DNA of 64,000 nucleotides from the human T2T-CHM13v2.0 reference genome, Homo sapiens: NCBI GenBank assembly GCA_009914755.4, contig CP086569.2, positions 7,776,001 to 7,840,000 of the forward strand, read 5' to 3'. Shown piece by piece: positions 1 to 11,648 of this stretch (position 1 is its first letter; each line of letters starts with the position of its first letter). The notes under the pieces were generated by a model. It saw only the letters and a program-made list of their open reading frames with translations, ran no database searches and was not told where the DNA came from. The position numbers and the translations under genes were made by a program.

Positions 1-1550
1 ATCTAAATCATCTCCTGCAAATAGAGGAAATGTGGTAATTCAGACCATTTCTCTCAGGCTTTTTTTTTTTTTTGGCAAATGTTAAGAAATGTTATCATTG
101 TTATTATGCGTGGATTTATGTATACGGGTGTAACTGTCTGTCTGAAAGTGTTGGATATCAGTTTGTCCTACCGAAAAACACCTTTATTTTCTGTTTCTTT
201 GCACAGATTTGTTTCTTCGCAGGAATTCAAAGACCCCAAAGTTTTTGGATTTTGCCTATAAAAGGGAATGAGTTTTCAACGTGTGGGTGTTGAGTTATGG
301 GAGGAAATAGTAGGGAGAAAACTCCTTAATGCTATTAAGAAACTCACTTTTTTTAAACTCATTGATTTTTCTTGAGGAAACTTCCCTTTACCGTGGTACA
401 TGTCCGACATGCAGGCAAGTTGTAGGAGATGGAGATAGGGTGCCATTTTTTTCATATGCACTTTTTGTTAAAGCAGTTTTTCTCTGTGAATGTGGAATGT
501 GGTCATAATGCAAATATATAGCCAATATACTTAACCACTGTGATTAACAACTTGTACTTTTACTCATCACATGTGAAATTTGTGATTTGCTTTAAGGGAA
601 TTATGAAATTATGACATAAATTGCATTATTTTAGTGTATGAGGAAGTCTGGAGCCATAAATAATCTCAGTTTAAATTTGTCTCCTTAAAGCTTTCAATTG
701 TCTCCTTCCTTGTATGACAATATTTGAAACATGTATCATGTATCTCTGGCAAAGTAAATAATTTAAATCTAGTAAGTAGGTGTAATCAAGAAAAATGGTG
801 ACAGATAGCTTAAAACAGAGACAAAATAAATGTGTTTAAGTTATTCTATTAACTGGGCACACTGACTTACTCTTGTAATCTTATCATTTCGGCAAGAGGA
901 GGTGTGAGGATGGCTTGAAGTCACGAGTTGGAGACCAGACTGAGTAATATAATGAGCTTCTTTAATCTATTGCCATTTTGGCACCAAGGACCGGTTTAGT
1001 GGAAGGCATTTTTCCACATAGAAGAGGTGGGTAGTGGGAGAAGGTGACCAGGTGGACACCTTGGGGAGGTGGGGGGTGGCCGTTCCAGGAGGAACACAGG
1101 GTAGGGAGGGGCTTCAGGTCAGAGCACTGTGACAGGGGCTGTGGTGGGGCAGCAGGGCTGCGAGGGGCACAAGGCAGCCCAGTGGGGAACAAGGAGAATG
1201 GATTCTGGATGAAACACCTCAGGTCACACTCAGGAATTAAATTCTTCCAAGGAAAGCACCACCTAGATCTTCGCATGCGCAGTTCACAGTAGGGCTCTTA
1301 CTCCTGTGGGAATCCAATGCCTTCGCTGATCTGACAGGAGGCAAAGCTCAGGTGGTGCAAGTGGTTCATCACTTGTTCTGCAGCCGGATTCCTAACAGGC
1401 CACAGACAGATACTGGTTGGAGACCAGGGTTTGGGGAACCCTGATCTATTGTATACTTCAAATCACTAAAATATTATAAAAAATTTAAACTGTTCTCCCC
1501 CAGGAAAGCACATTTTAGTTAGCTTGATTTAATCATTTATTAAAATATCA

Positions 1551-1795
1551 AGCTGGGTGTGGTTGTTCAGCCTTGAAATCTCATCACTTTTGTAGCACCA
1601 GACCAGAAGATCGCTTGAGCCCAGGAGTTCGAGACCAGCTTGGGTACCATGGTGAAACCTGTGGCTATTAAAGGAACACACAAAAAATTGCCTGCTTGCT
1701 CTGGTAATAAGCACCTGTAGCTGCCCAAGTAGCTGAGACATGGGAGGATCACTAGAGGCTCGGTAGAGGAGGTTGCAGTGAGCAGTGCACTTTAG
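1551..1795 (+). mobile_element. Old, degenerate Alu (AluJ-like), 3'-truncated, directly abutting the provirus 3' LTR
   Basis: 'agctgggtgtggttgttcagcc...tcgcttgagcccaggagttcgagaccagc...gaggttgcagtgagc' matches the Alu dimer consensus but is heavily mutated and has no A-tail. Confidence 0.75.
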
Positions 1796-1822
1796 CAACA
1801 GGAAATTTACATCTCAAGAAAA

Positions 1823-2405
1823 TGTTGGGGAAACCAGCCCCATGCACCACCTGGTAGTTACCTTGAGTCCAGCAGAGACAAAGGAGTTAGAAAGACAACA
1901 GAATAAGCATTAAAATGCAGGTCCAGGGAACCAGAGCTTCAGATGCTTGCTCATGGCCCAGAGCTCTTCAACGCTGCCTAATTTATTGGTTTACAAGCTC
2001 TTTGTTCTTAGGGCAGATGGGAGGAGTAGGAAGGGATGAGGAAAGGATTAATCAGTGAAGAAGTCATGAGTCATTCAATAAAATGTATAGCAGTGAAGGT
2101 TTCTGTGAATTTCCTAGAGCAAAGGTGTGTGTCTAAACTACTTAAGATCTTTAACTTATTGGGACTGAAATGGGTGGGAGTGTGTTTCAGGAGGAGCCAA
2201 GATGTTTGATTATACTCCAATGCTTCAAGGGAGTGTTATCTCCCTGAGAAACATGTGGAATGCCTCTAAATGGTTATGTTCTCAGGGCATAAAGACATGA
2301 AGGCAATAAGGAGACTTTTCTCCTCAGAGGCTGCCCATGGCTCCCCATGGGTGTCTCACACAGGGGAGACCAGCTCATCTGGCACTCCAGAAACTTTTCC
2401 CCACA
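1823..2405 (-). repeat. 3' LTR of the HERV-K-like provirus
   Basis: Homologous by eye to 6185-6769, with a highly divergent first ~150 bp and ~90% identity over the rest. Begins TGTGGGGAAAAG in sense and ends ...CCCCAACA. Immediately preceded in sense by the PPT. Confidence 0.85.
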
Positions 2406-2437
2406 TGTCCCCCCCTTTTCTCTCTCTCTCTCTTTTT
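2406..2437 (-). other. Polypurine tract of the provirus (sense: AAAAAAGAGAGAGAGAGAGAAAAGGGGGGGACA)
   Basis: The + strand reads 'tgtcccccccttttctctctctctctctttttt' directly adjacent to the 3' LTR start. Confidence 0.8.
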
Positions 2438-2750
2438 TAATTAATAGTTTTTTAATTAATAACTGCCATTGCTATCATGGCTCATTGACACTGTCTGGCT
2501 TCTCTCTGAAGGCGCCATCCACATTTGTAGACTAAAAACAAACAGCATAGGCAGACACAAACTGAAATAAAATTTGCAACTGTTGATCCACCTTTTTTTT
2601 AATCCACTTTAAAGGATTGGTATTATAAAGGCCGTCAGTGGCCCCAGCAAGAATATCAGCTCCAGGCAACAGGGTGAGATGAACCTGAGATGCCTCAAAA
2701 AGTTTTTTCAGTTTAGCAATATCTAGTGTTAAATTATCTTCTTTTCACTG

Positions 2751-4372
2751 TCAGTGATATCTAATCATCTCCCAATGGTGTTCAGTGGCATTGTGAGAGC
2801 TAGGTGTAATAGAAAAATCAGAAGTATTCCAATCACATTGCATTTGAATTCTATGCTCCAAGCTCATAATCTGATCTCTCATCCAAATTACTGTTTGACC
2901 GGGATCATTAATTTGATTTGCCAATTTTTGATCTATTTTGCTTTGGGAATTCCAAAGCTTAGAAGAATTTTTCTCCCAACTATCCACAAAGCCCGCAGTT
3001 TGAATAGAAGAATGCAAAGCAACACCAGCAACAGCAGTAGCTGTGACAGCTATGAGGCCCATGATCACAGCTATTAAAGTAAATATGAATCTCTTTGATC
3101 TATTCAGTATTTCTTTTAGTACTTCAGTGATAATAAGTATGGAGGGGGAGGCTTCCTAAGTTCTCCTTCTTGGGCCCTAACTAGTAAAATGCTATTATCT
3201 TTATTATAGGTAGAATTAATGCAGGTAAAAAGATGGCACTTGAGGCATGATATGGCTTGAGAGTCAGGTCAGATATTAATTTTTCCCACTGCCAACATAA
3301 AAGGAGGTTTAACACAACTCTGCACTGGGACCATCTGATTAGAGGTCATGGCTACAACAAATCAAAATTTTTTATTATGGGTCTCTGTTTTATATTCTCC
3401 TTTCCAAATCTGAATTGGAGTTTGAGCCAACATTAATTTCCACAATTCTGGATGTTCTGGACTTACAATTGGATCAATCATTTTTGGGCTTGGAGGAACC
3501 ATACCATTCTCCTCCCACTTAATAAGGTAATTTGCTTCAATTCTTATATATAATTTTGGTGCATTATCTGAGTAGTCATTTGCAAAAGGAATCTCTCTAC
3601 AATCTTCACAATGTCCAGTACAATTTACTGCAAATTGTCCCCTAGAGGCCCAATCAATGACAATTTCATAGGAGTTATTTTGCAGTAAAGCAGCGGTGTT
3701 TGCAATGCAATCTTCCCAGGTTAGCACCTCTAGCTTTTCAGACCATTTAGTGGCCTGCCTAGGGCAGGACTTCTAATTAGGCTTAAATTTATTAATCTGG
3801 TGATGTGTCATAACATAACCGTGCTCAAGGCATTTAATGGTGTCCAAAGATTGAAATGTTCTTCCCCTGATTGCATGAATTGAGGCTTTTGATCCATTAT
3901 GTGCAGGGACATAAACCATCCAACTTTTTTTATCATAATTTGAACATCCTGCTTCCGGCCCAAGACAGATGGGAGGAAAGTGAAAACCAATAGAAACATT
4001 CATTAACATTCTTTCCTCCTCTGGGTGAGTAGGACCCTAGTTATCTGCTGGTCAAGGCATCCAGACACTATCAGTAACATAAAACTCCACTGGGCTGTCT
4101 GACCATGTAACAGGCCTAATCAGTGGTGGGAATGGAATGTAGGCTCAATAAGTGTAATTTTGATCTGCCTCAGCTGTGGGGAGACTTACCACCAAGGAGA
4201 TTACCACCATCATAGCTACCATTAGATTACTGGTGGTCAGAGGCTTGTTCTGAGACCTCAGGTTCTCTACTGCAATGTGAGATAGTCTCTTCATCTGCCC
4301 CCAAGTTGGTGGAGTTGTTAGGTGAGTTTTACTGGTTTCCATCTGCTCAACAGAGATGTTCATCTGAGCCAT
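2751..4372 (-). pseudogene. HERV-K-like env remnant (signal/Rec-like N-terminus, SU, TM), broken into several ORFs by frameshifts and stops
   Basis: ORF 4145..4372 ('PPTWGQMKRL...NYTY') resembles the HERV-K Env/Rec N-terminus. ORFs 3773..4009 and 3362..3727 resemble SU (ISIG..PPICLG; WEDCIANTAALLQNN; PEHPELW). ORF 2751..3068 resembles TM (fusion peptide, [17 protein letters not shown]); I estimate ~75% aa identity to HML-2 TM from memory. Confidence 0.85.
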
Positions 4373-6100
4373 CTAACAAATTGGGGATGCAGGGATGTTC
4401 CAAGGTCTTTTCCTCTTCCTTGGATTCTGGCTTATGGCACAGCTTAAGATGTCTTGTGGGTACCTAGACAGGAAGTTGATTCTCTCCTGGTGAGATACAA
4501 ACAAACCCTTGACCCCAACAAGACCCATGGGGGCCTTTTGTTTGGGCCAGTTTTCTGGCCATTGATAAAGAGCTATGATTGACACATCTGCTCCTGTGTC
4601 GATCAGACCCTCAAATTGTTTTTCTGGAATAGTGACCATAGAAATAGCTCTAATTGTTGCTTGACATTCTGTATTAGTATTTTCATAAGCAAGCAGGTGA
4701 ACAATCACTTTCCTGGCATGAGAATCCAAAATAGCCTTTTGCGCCATGTCTTGCAAATGGGCGACAAAATCTGGATAAGCCCCCTTGGACCCTGTTGAAC
4801 TGAGTTAAAGGAAGGCTAAGTAGTACCAGGGTCATGAATTTTTTCCCAGGCTCTTAGGCTAATAGTTCTGAGCTGATCAACATCCTCGTCACCCTTTGCC
4901 ATCTGTTGATTTAGAGTACCCCATGCCTGTCCAATTACAAGCAATTGATGAAATGTGATATTAATGGGAGGTTGGGCTTGAGCCATTCTGCATGCCTGAT
5001 TTGTTGCTTCATCCATCCACCAGATTTTAGAGAAATTCTGAGCGGGACATCTTGGATTGGGCTAATGACTCCCAATCCATAGGTATTAAATGCCAGTTAT
5101 AAGCCACAGATTGTAACAAGGAATGAACAGAAGGAGAATTTGGCCCATATTGTCCAATTGCTTGCTTTAAGTTTTTTAATATTTTAAAAGGAAATGGCTC
5201 CCAGCATGCTTGAGCATGTTCTTTAGGATCCTCAGCTGGCAAAATAATTACCAGTAACTGCCAAGCATCCAAATTGCCCATTTCTCGTTCTTGGAGAATG
5301 GATGCCTGGATTGTCCCTGCACCATAATTTGTATTAGGGCTGGCTTGCATAATTCCTCTACCATAATTAAGAGGCAGACAAGCCTGGATCGTTCCCCCAC
5401 TGTAACTGGCTGTTGGGTGAGCCTGAAGCTTCCCTTTGCCATAGTTAATGGTGGAGTATGCAACAATGGGAGCAGCAAGCCGAGTCTCAGGCTCCCATTC
5501 CAAAAATTCAAAAGGCTGAGCTGGGGGTGGCCATTCCAGATGTTCTGCTAAAGGCACAGTAGGTGGTACTGTTTCTGCGGTAGGTGGAACTGTTTCTTTC
5601 TTAAGTTTTTGAAAGTTAGCATATATAGCATCCCATTTCTCCCCCTTTTTTAAATTAGACTGTGATGGTTACTTTGCTGATCATCAGACTCCTGATTATT
5701 AAGCTTTTCTGTCATCCTGAAACCCCTCCTTCTTTTCAGTGTCAAAGGGCTCCAGTGCTGTTTTAATTGACCACCACACAGATCAAGCAGAGAGATTATC
5801 ATGGCCCTCTTGTTTTGCTCGTTTTAAGTCTGATCTGACCTTGTCGCAATCTTTTACATTCATGGTTCCATATTCAGGGAACCAATGAGAATACTTTTCT
5901 ATGAGATGGAACAAAGATGTGAGATTTTAGGTACTCACAATTATCCCTCCATGGCACAATAACTGCTACAGCAGGCTTAAGTAATTAGCAAACTTACTCT
6001 CAGCCTGACCCATAGTTTCCCCAGGTTACCCTGGGTACCGTATGGGTACCCTACTTACCCGTAGAGCTTGAAGTGAAAACGTACTCAGGCTTCCTTCCTC
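4373..6100 (-). pseudogene. HERV-K-like gag remnant fused by deletion to the N-terminal part of pro, which is then fused to the env start; pol is absent
   Basis: ORF 5027..5557 (QYGPNSP...LIPMDWE) and ORF 4816..5016 (LRAWEKIHDPG) match Gag CA. ORF 4373..4756 runs from the Gag C-terminal region straight into the protease active site 'KQFEGLIDTGADVSIIA' and then into the sequence preceding the env start. Confidence 0.8.
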
Positions 6101-6164
6101 AGTCCTCCTCCACTTTCCACGCTCTGGCGTTCCTTCACCAGATTATTTGTAGAGATTACGGGGA

Positions 6165-6182
6165 GCCCTGCATTCGGCACCA
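6165..6182 (-). other. Primer-binding-site-like sequence (sense TGGTGCCGAATGCAGGGC), 2 nt downstream of the 5' LTR
   Basis: Located exactly where a PBS is expected. The first 10 nt equal the complement of the tRNA-Phe 3' end; the remainder is degenerate (about 14/18 to Phe and 13/18 to Lys1,2 by hand alignment). Confidence 0.5.
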
Positions 6183-6184
6183 GA

Positions 6185-6769
6185 TGTTGGGGAAACCAGC
6201 CCTACACCACCCGGCAGGAACCCGGAGTCCAGAGGAGACAAAGGAGTTAGAAAGAGACAGAATACGTGTTTAAAAGGTGGGTGCAGGGGACAGGAAAGTA
6301 GGAGGCTTGCTCACCGCCCAGAGCTCTTTGGCTCCACCTAATTAACTGTTTCACAAGCTCTTTGTTCTTAAGGCAGAGGGAGGAGTAGGAAGGGATGAGG
6401 AAAAGGATTAATCAGTGAAGAATAACTTGTGAGTCATTCAACAAGATATATAGCGGTGGTGGTTTCTGTGATTTTCCTAGGGCAAAGGCATGTGTCTAAA
6501 CTACTTAAGATCTTTAACTTATCAGGACTGAAATGGGTGGGAGTGGGTTTCAGGAGGAGCCAAGATGTTTGACTATACTCCACTGCTTCAAGGGAGTGTT
6601 ATCTCCCTGAGAAACCTGTGGAATGCTGCTGAACGGTTATGCTCTCAGGGCATAAAGACAAAAAGGTAATAAGGAAAATTTTATCCTTAAAAGCTGCCCT
6701 TGCTCCTCATGGGTGTCTCACACAGGGGAGACCAATTCATTTGCCAGTCCAGAAACTCTCTTTCCCACA
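6185..6769 (-). repeat. 5' LTR of the HERV-K-like provirus
   Basis: Homologous to 1823-2405 and ends in 'cccaca' on the + strand (TGTGGG in sense). Followed by the TSD GAAAA. Confidence 0.85.
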
Positions 6770-7097
6770 GAAAAAAATACACACAACATCACATTGTACA
6801 ATATAAATATATAGATTTCAAATAAAATCATTTAAATGGGGCATCCTGTGTATTACAGCTTAAGAAAATTACAATAGCTTTTCCCATCTCACTTTTACAA
6901 AAAAGTTTCTGTCAGGTACATATTAAAATGCAGCATTGGACCATGAAGTCACTGCCCCTTTCGCTCTGCATGTTACACATTTTACATATTTAAAGTAAGA
7001 AACACTACAAAGATGTCAGGCTCTGTAAGGGAATTTCACTAGAATTTTCAACACAGCATGCAATAAAATTTTATCTTTTTGGCTTACTGTTATCTAA

Positions 7098-7301
<204 letters not shown>

Positions 7302-7315
7302 TAAATAAATATGTT

Positions 7316-7362
7316 GGACTCAGGGTACCTGCCAGGTGGTGTGGGGCTGGTTTCCCTAACAT
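7316..7362 (+). repeat. Isolated ~47-bp fragment of the same LTR family (terminal U5-like end), inverted relative to the provirus
   Basis: 'ggactcagggtacctgccaggtggtgtggggctggtttccctaacat' is the reverse complement of the LTR terminus seen at 6185-6231 and 1823-1869, matching about 40 of 46 positions. Confidence 0.6.
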
Positions 7363-7659
7363 ATATATAGAGGTTATATATAGATTTTCCAAAGTAAATA
7401 TATACTCCATACATTTACTGAGTACATAAGTCAAAATATTTGTTTTTAAACAAATATTTTTATTTGTTATTTTCAAGTTTCTATTTGATATTGGGAAAAT
7501 TCTCATGGCAGCAGGTGAAGGATCTGTGGTAAAATTCACCTACTACTGAGAAAGGAAAATGAGCAAAAGTAATTGTGTTGCTGAGGTAGGGAACAAATTG
7601 GAATAAAATAGTCTGAATATAGAGGTACGTGACTTAGTATTAATAATCACAGTAATGAT

Positions 7660-9081
7660 ATGAAACACAAGCTTTTCGGTTTGTTCATACTGTGTCTGGA
7701 ATTGGTGGCTTCAAGAATGAAGCCGCGGACCCTCGTCGTGAGTGTTACAGTTCTTAAAGGCAGCATGCCCAGAGTTTGTTCCTTCCAACGTTCAGATGTG
7801 TTCGGAGTGTCTTCCTTCTGGTGGTTTCGTGGTCTTCCTGGCTCAGGACTGAAGCTGCAGACCTTCGTGGTGTCACAGCTCCTAAGGTGGCATGTCTGGA
7901 GTTGTTCATTCCTCCCAGTGGGTTTGTGGTCTCCCTGGCTTCAGGAGTGCAGCTGCAGACCTTCTCAGTGAATGTTGCACCTCATAAAGGCAGTGTGGAC
8001 CCAAACCGTGAGCAACAGCAAAATTTATTGCAAACAGCAAAAGAACAACGCTCCCACAGTATACAAAGGGACCCAAGCCTGTTGCTACTGCTGACTTCGG
8101 GCAGCCTGCTTTTACTCCCTTATCTGGCCCCACCCACATCCTGCTGATTGGTCCATTTTACAGACAGCTGATTGGTCTGTTTTACAGAGCGCTGATTGGC
8201 CAATTTTGACAGTGTGCTGATTGGTGCGTTTACAATCCCTGCACTAGACACAAAAGTTCTCCAAGTCCCCACTAGATTAGCTAGATACAGAGTGCTGATT
8301 GGTGTATTTACAAACCCTGAGCTAGACACAGAATGCTGATTGGTATACTTACAAACCTTGAGCTGGATACAGAGTGCAGATTGGTGTATTCACAATCCCT
8401 TAGGGAGACATAAATGTTCTCCAAGTCCCCACTAAACTTAGGAGCCCAGCTGGCTTCACCCAGTGGATCCCGCACCTGCCCGCAGGTGGAGCTGCCTGCC
8501 AGTCCAGCGTCTTGCGCCTGCACTCAGTCCTTGAGCGGTTGATAGGACCTGGCACCCTGGAGCAGTGGGCGGCGCTCCTCCAGGAGGCTCAGGCCGTGGG
8601 GGAGCTCCCGGCGGGGTCGGGGAGGCTCAGGCATGGCGGGCTGCAGGTCCCAAACCCTGCCGCATGGGGAAGCAGCTAAGGCCCAGTGAGAAATCGAGCG
8701 CAGCACAGGAGGCCAGCACTGCTGGGGGACCTGGCGCACACTCCGCAGCTGCTGGCCCTGGTGCTAAGCCCCTTACTGCCTGGAGGTGGCCGGGCCGGCT
8801 GGCCGCTCCGAGTGCTGGGCCTGCCAAGCCTACGCCCATCCAGAGCTCTAGCTGGCCCGCAAGTGCAGCACGCAGCTCCGGTTCCCGCCCCGCCTCTCCC
8901 TCCACACCTCCGGGCAAGCTGAGGGAGCCGATTCCTGCCACAACCAGCCCAGAGAGGGGCCCTCACAGCGCAGTGGTGGGCTGAAGGGCTCCCCGAGCAT
9001 GGCCAGAGCGGACGCCGAGGCCGAGGAGGCGCCAAGAGCCAGCAAGGGCTGCGAGGGCTGCCAGCACGCTATCACCTCTCA
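7660..9081 (+). repeat. LTR12-family (HERV9) solo LTR in intron 1, same orientation as the pseudogene
   Basis: Has the 5' 'gaatgaagccgcggaccctcg...gtgagtgttacag' tandem units, then a U3 block of repeated 'gctgattggt' (CCAAT) units, then a GC-rich segment ending '...ggctgccagcacgctatcacctctca'. This matches the LTR12 organisation as I remember it. Confidence 0.8.
8140..8400 (+). promoter_or_regulatory. Tandem array of about 7 CCAAT-box (ATTGG on this strand) repeat units in the LTR12 U3, i.e. predicted NF-Y sites
   Basis: 'gctgattggtccattttacag', 'gctgattggtctgttttacag', 'gctgattggccaattttgacag', 'tgctgattggtgcgtttacaatccc', 'gctgattggtgtatttacaaaccc', 'gctgattggtatacttacaaacc', 'gcagattggtgtattcacaatccc'. 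Confidence 0.7.
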
Positions 9082-9133
9082 ATACTATGGTGAGTCCGTT
9101 ACATTAATGGAAAAAGGTTTTCATGTATTTTAG

Positions 9134-9236
9134 TTCTTCTGATAAATGATTGGGAAACCAGCAAGTTCAGACACTTTGCATTTATTTTCAGAAAGCTGCA
9201 GGTGCTAAGAATGCTGTTGAATGTATGAATGGAAAT
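9134..9236 (+). pseudogene. Exon 2 (VLLINDWETSKFRHFAFIF / frameshift / QKAAGAKNAVECMNGN). It carries a 1-nt deletion relative to the RBMY frame.
   Basis: Aligns to RBMY [35 protein letters not shown] (RNP1-like FAFITF). Acceptor 'ttttag|tt', donor 'aat|gtaaga'. The exon is 103 nt where 104 is needed to keep frame. Confidence 0.75.
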
Positions 9237-11648
9237 GTAAGAGTCCTTTATTAATACTATCCTAACTGTTCTTTGCTTAACAGCATTTCAGGGTCTTTTA
9301 AGTATTACTAAACTTTTGAAGACAGCATAATGTCATATGATCTGAAATGCTTTAGCCATCCTCTTCTTTTTGCCATGTAAGTGCAAGTGTAGTTGGAAGG
9401 ATACTGGAATAAATGTTACACAAATTAATATATGGCAATCCTATTTGTATGTTAGTATTTTAATACAACTGTAAATAGATTTTCAAATCTTTCAAGCAGC
9501 TTTGAAACTTAGAAGGAACCCTCACAAAAATGAGACAAATCAGTCTGTATTTATTAAGTGCTATTAATGGAATTACTTCCAATTCATGGCAATACTTCAA
9601 TAGCATAGACAAACTATGGATATACAGCTCAACAAACTTACAAGATGCAAATCTTCTATAGAGAGACATCTGAACAGACTCACCAGAAGTAAAGATTCTT
9701 TCTCATTTTCTGAAAATACATTCTTGGGAAAGTATGTTTAAAACAAGATCTTTACATTGAAGGAAATGTTAAGTACTTGAAAACAGAAAATAATATGAGA
9801 AAGTTGAAGTTGGGTAACCGAACTGCTAACTGACATTTTTGCCCCATCTTTGCTCTTTTTCTCCTAAAATCGTTTTTATCCTGTCACCAGAGTGATTTAT
9901 ATAACATGAATACATAACTACTAATTTTCCCAGTGTGTTTGAGGACTTATTTTGTTCTAACCAGTGGTCTCTGTCTTATTGAATCTTAAATTCTTGGGAT
10001 TGTATGTTTATTACAGCTTTAAACTTTTGTGTAATTCTATTACCTACTGAATTCCTTTATATTGCCATCAAAATCATTGCATTCTGGACACTTTCAAGAT
10101 TTTTTGTTTTACAACATCACCCCAATCTGTTATTACTCCCCATTACTCTTTATGCTATCACAAATACGCTTTTTTGGACTTCTTGAGAGTTATTCTTCCT
10201 GGCGTATGTCTCACAAATAACAATTTATGCTTCACAAACAGCTTAGATTTTACATTTTCTTCTTCTCTGTATATTGTCAGTATTTTGTCCTCATTGTACC
10301 ACGTATTAATCTGTTGATTGTTAAATTGTCTTTAGTGCATATTTAAATTTTCCTAGTTGCTTTTGTTTCTGTTACATCTAGCACACTTCCTGGTACATAG
10401 CAGAAAGTACATTTTGGTTCACAGTTATATTTTCATATTTTAAGTTTTGGTAGAAACTGAAAATTACTTTTGGCTTTTGTAATGGTTTTGTAGGTATGGA
10501 AATAATTTTGACTTAGGTATAGTAATCTATGACAAATTCTTTTTACCCATAGTTTTCAAGCACAACAACAGGTTATTTCTATAGATATTATTTCTAAATT
10601 ACTTCATCTAACATATCTTATTGTCTAAGAATAAATAAAAATGTAATAATCACACAAAAATTAAAAAGTGAAATAAAGGAAGTACTTAGAGGTTTCAGAG
10701 GGAATGAACAGTTTAAGAAACTATGGCTGACTTCCGAATTGTGGGAAGGAAGCAGTCATGCGCAAATCTGGGGAACATATTTTGGTCCCAGAAATAACAA
10801 AAGAAGTCCCAAAGTTGAAACGACTGGCTATGTGACTGCAAGAGGTCTTGGAAAGGATTTAAGATCTTTCCCCAAATAACAAATCAATGTAATTTTTAAA
10901 TCCAATTTTTGCTGACATTTTTTCAAAAATCACCTTAGCCTATGGAAAAGGTTAAACTGAAGCAAGTTATTATGAAATTCATTAGTTCATTTAAGCATTT
11001 CTGAGAAATAACAGAAGTGTTCTATTAAAAGTCATTTATTAGGGACACTTTTAAGGCAAGATAAGAAATGAGTAAGGCAAAAAACATGAATGAAACCAAA
11101 CAAGTATCACATTTACAGAAACAGAATTAGAGTAAATATATAATTGTAAATCATATTAAGACATTTTATGTAAATGTTAGCAGAAGAAACAAGAAACAAT
11201 TCATAACGAATAATGTGGCTAATCACTTTGAATAAATAATCTTATTTTTTTAGATGACACATTATTACATATACCCGTGGGACACCAAAACAATTAAATA
11301 AGTGATGTGAATACAAATATGAAGTAGATTATATTTTGTAAAAAAGAGATGTGCTGCATTATCCCATAGAATGTGTGATGGGTTAATTTTTTTGAGGTGA
11401 TTTTTTAATACTGGAAAACTTTTCAAAGAATTTGAGTAATAGAATTTGTGTTTGATCCTTTAATGGAAAGCATGTGATCAGTAAATGTCTCAAATTTGGC
11501 ATTGAGAAAGACATGGTCATTTCAGGAGAAAAAGGTCTATTTGCTTTGGGAGAAAGCATCTAGAACTGAAATATAGTGGATGCAAAAATATTTGTAAAAT
11601 GTGGGTTAAATTTGACAATGTTATTGATAGGATACTTAATACTTTTAG

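Larger units (their letters stand above)
1823..6769 (-). mobile_element. Internally deleted HERV-K-like (betaretrovirus-like) provirus: LTR, gag, partial pro, pol deleted, env, LTR. It is flanked by a 5-bp TSD GAAAA (1818-1822 and 6770-6774)
   Basis: Two collinear ~585-bp LTRs (TG...CA in sense) enclose translated matches to HERV-K Gag, Pro (DTGADVSIIA) and Env SU/TM ([10 protein letters not shown]...QCDWNTSDF), all on the minus strand. PPT and PBS sit at the expected positions and GAAAA is duplicated at both outer LTR edges. Total length is 4.9 kb against ~9 kb expected, so roughly 3.5-4 kb (most of pro and all of pol) is missing. Confidence 0.85.

Noticed and set aside
962-1450. GC-rich segment with 80-100-aa ORFs on both strands, and a possible old repeat ('...gcagttcacagtagggctcttactcctgtgggaatccaatgccttcgctgatctgacagg...')
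   Set aside because: I could not match it to a family or to a protein. It is likely an old interspersed repeat, and the evidence is insufficient to call a feature.
2754-3077. 107-aa ORF on the + strand
   Set aside because: It is antisense to the HERV-K-like env TM coding sequence, whose real reading frame is on the minus strand.
8524-9075. Cluster of overlapping 70-140-aa ORFs on both strands (e.g. 8565..8984 +, 8676..9035 -)
   Set aside because: They lie entirely within the GC-rich U5-like part of the LTR12 solo LTR. They are Pro/Ala/Gly/Arg-rich, as expected from GC bias, and have no coding signal or homolog.
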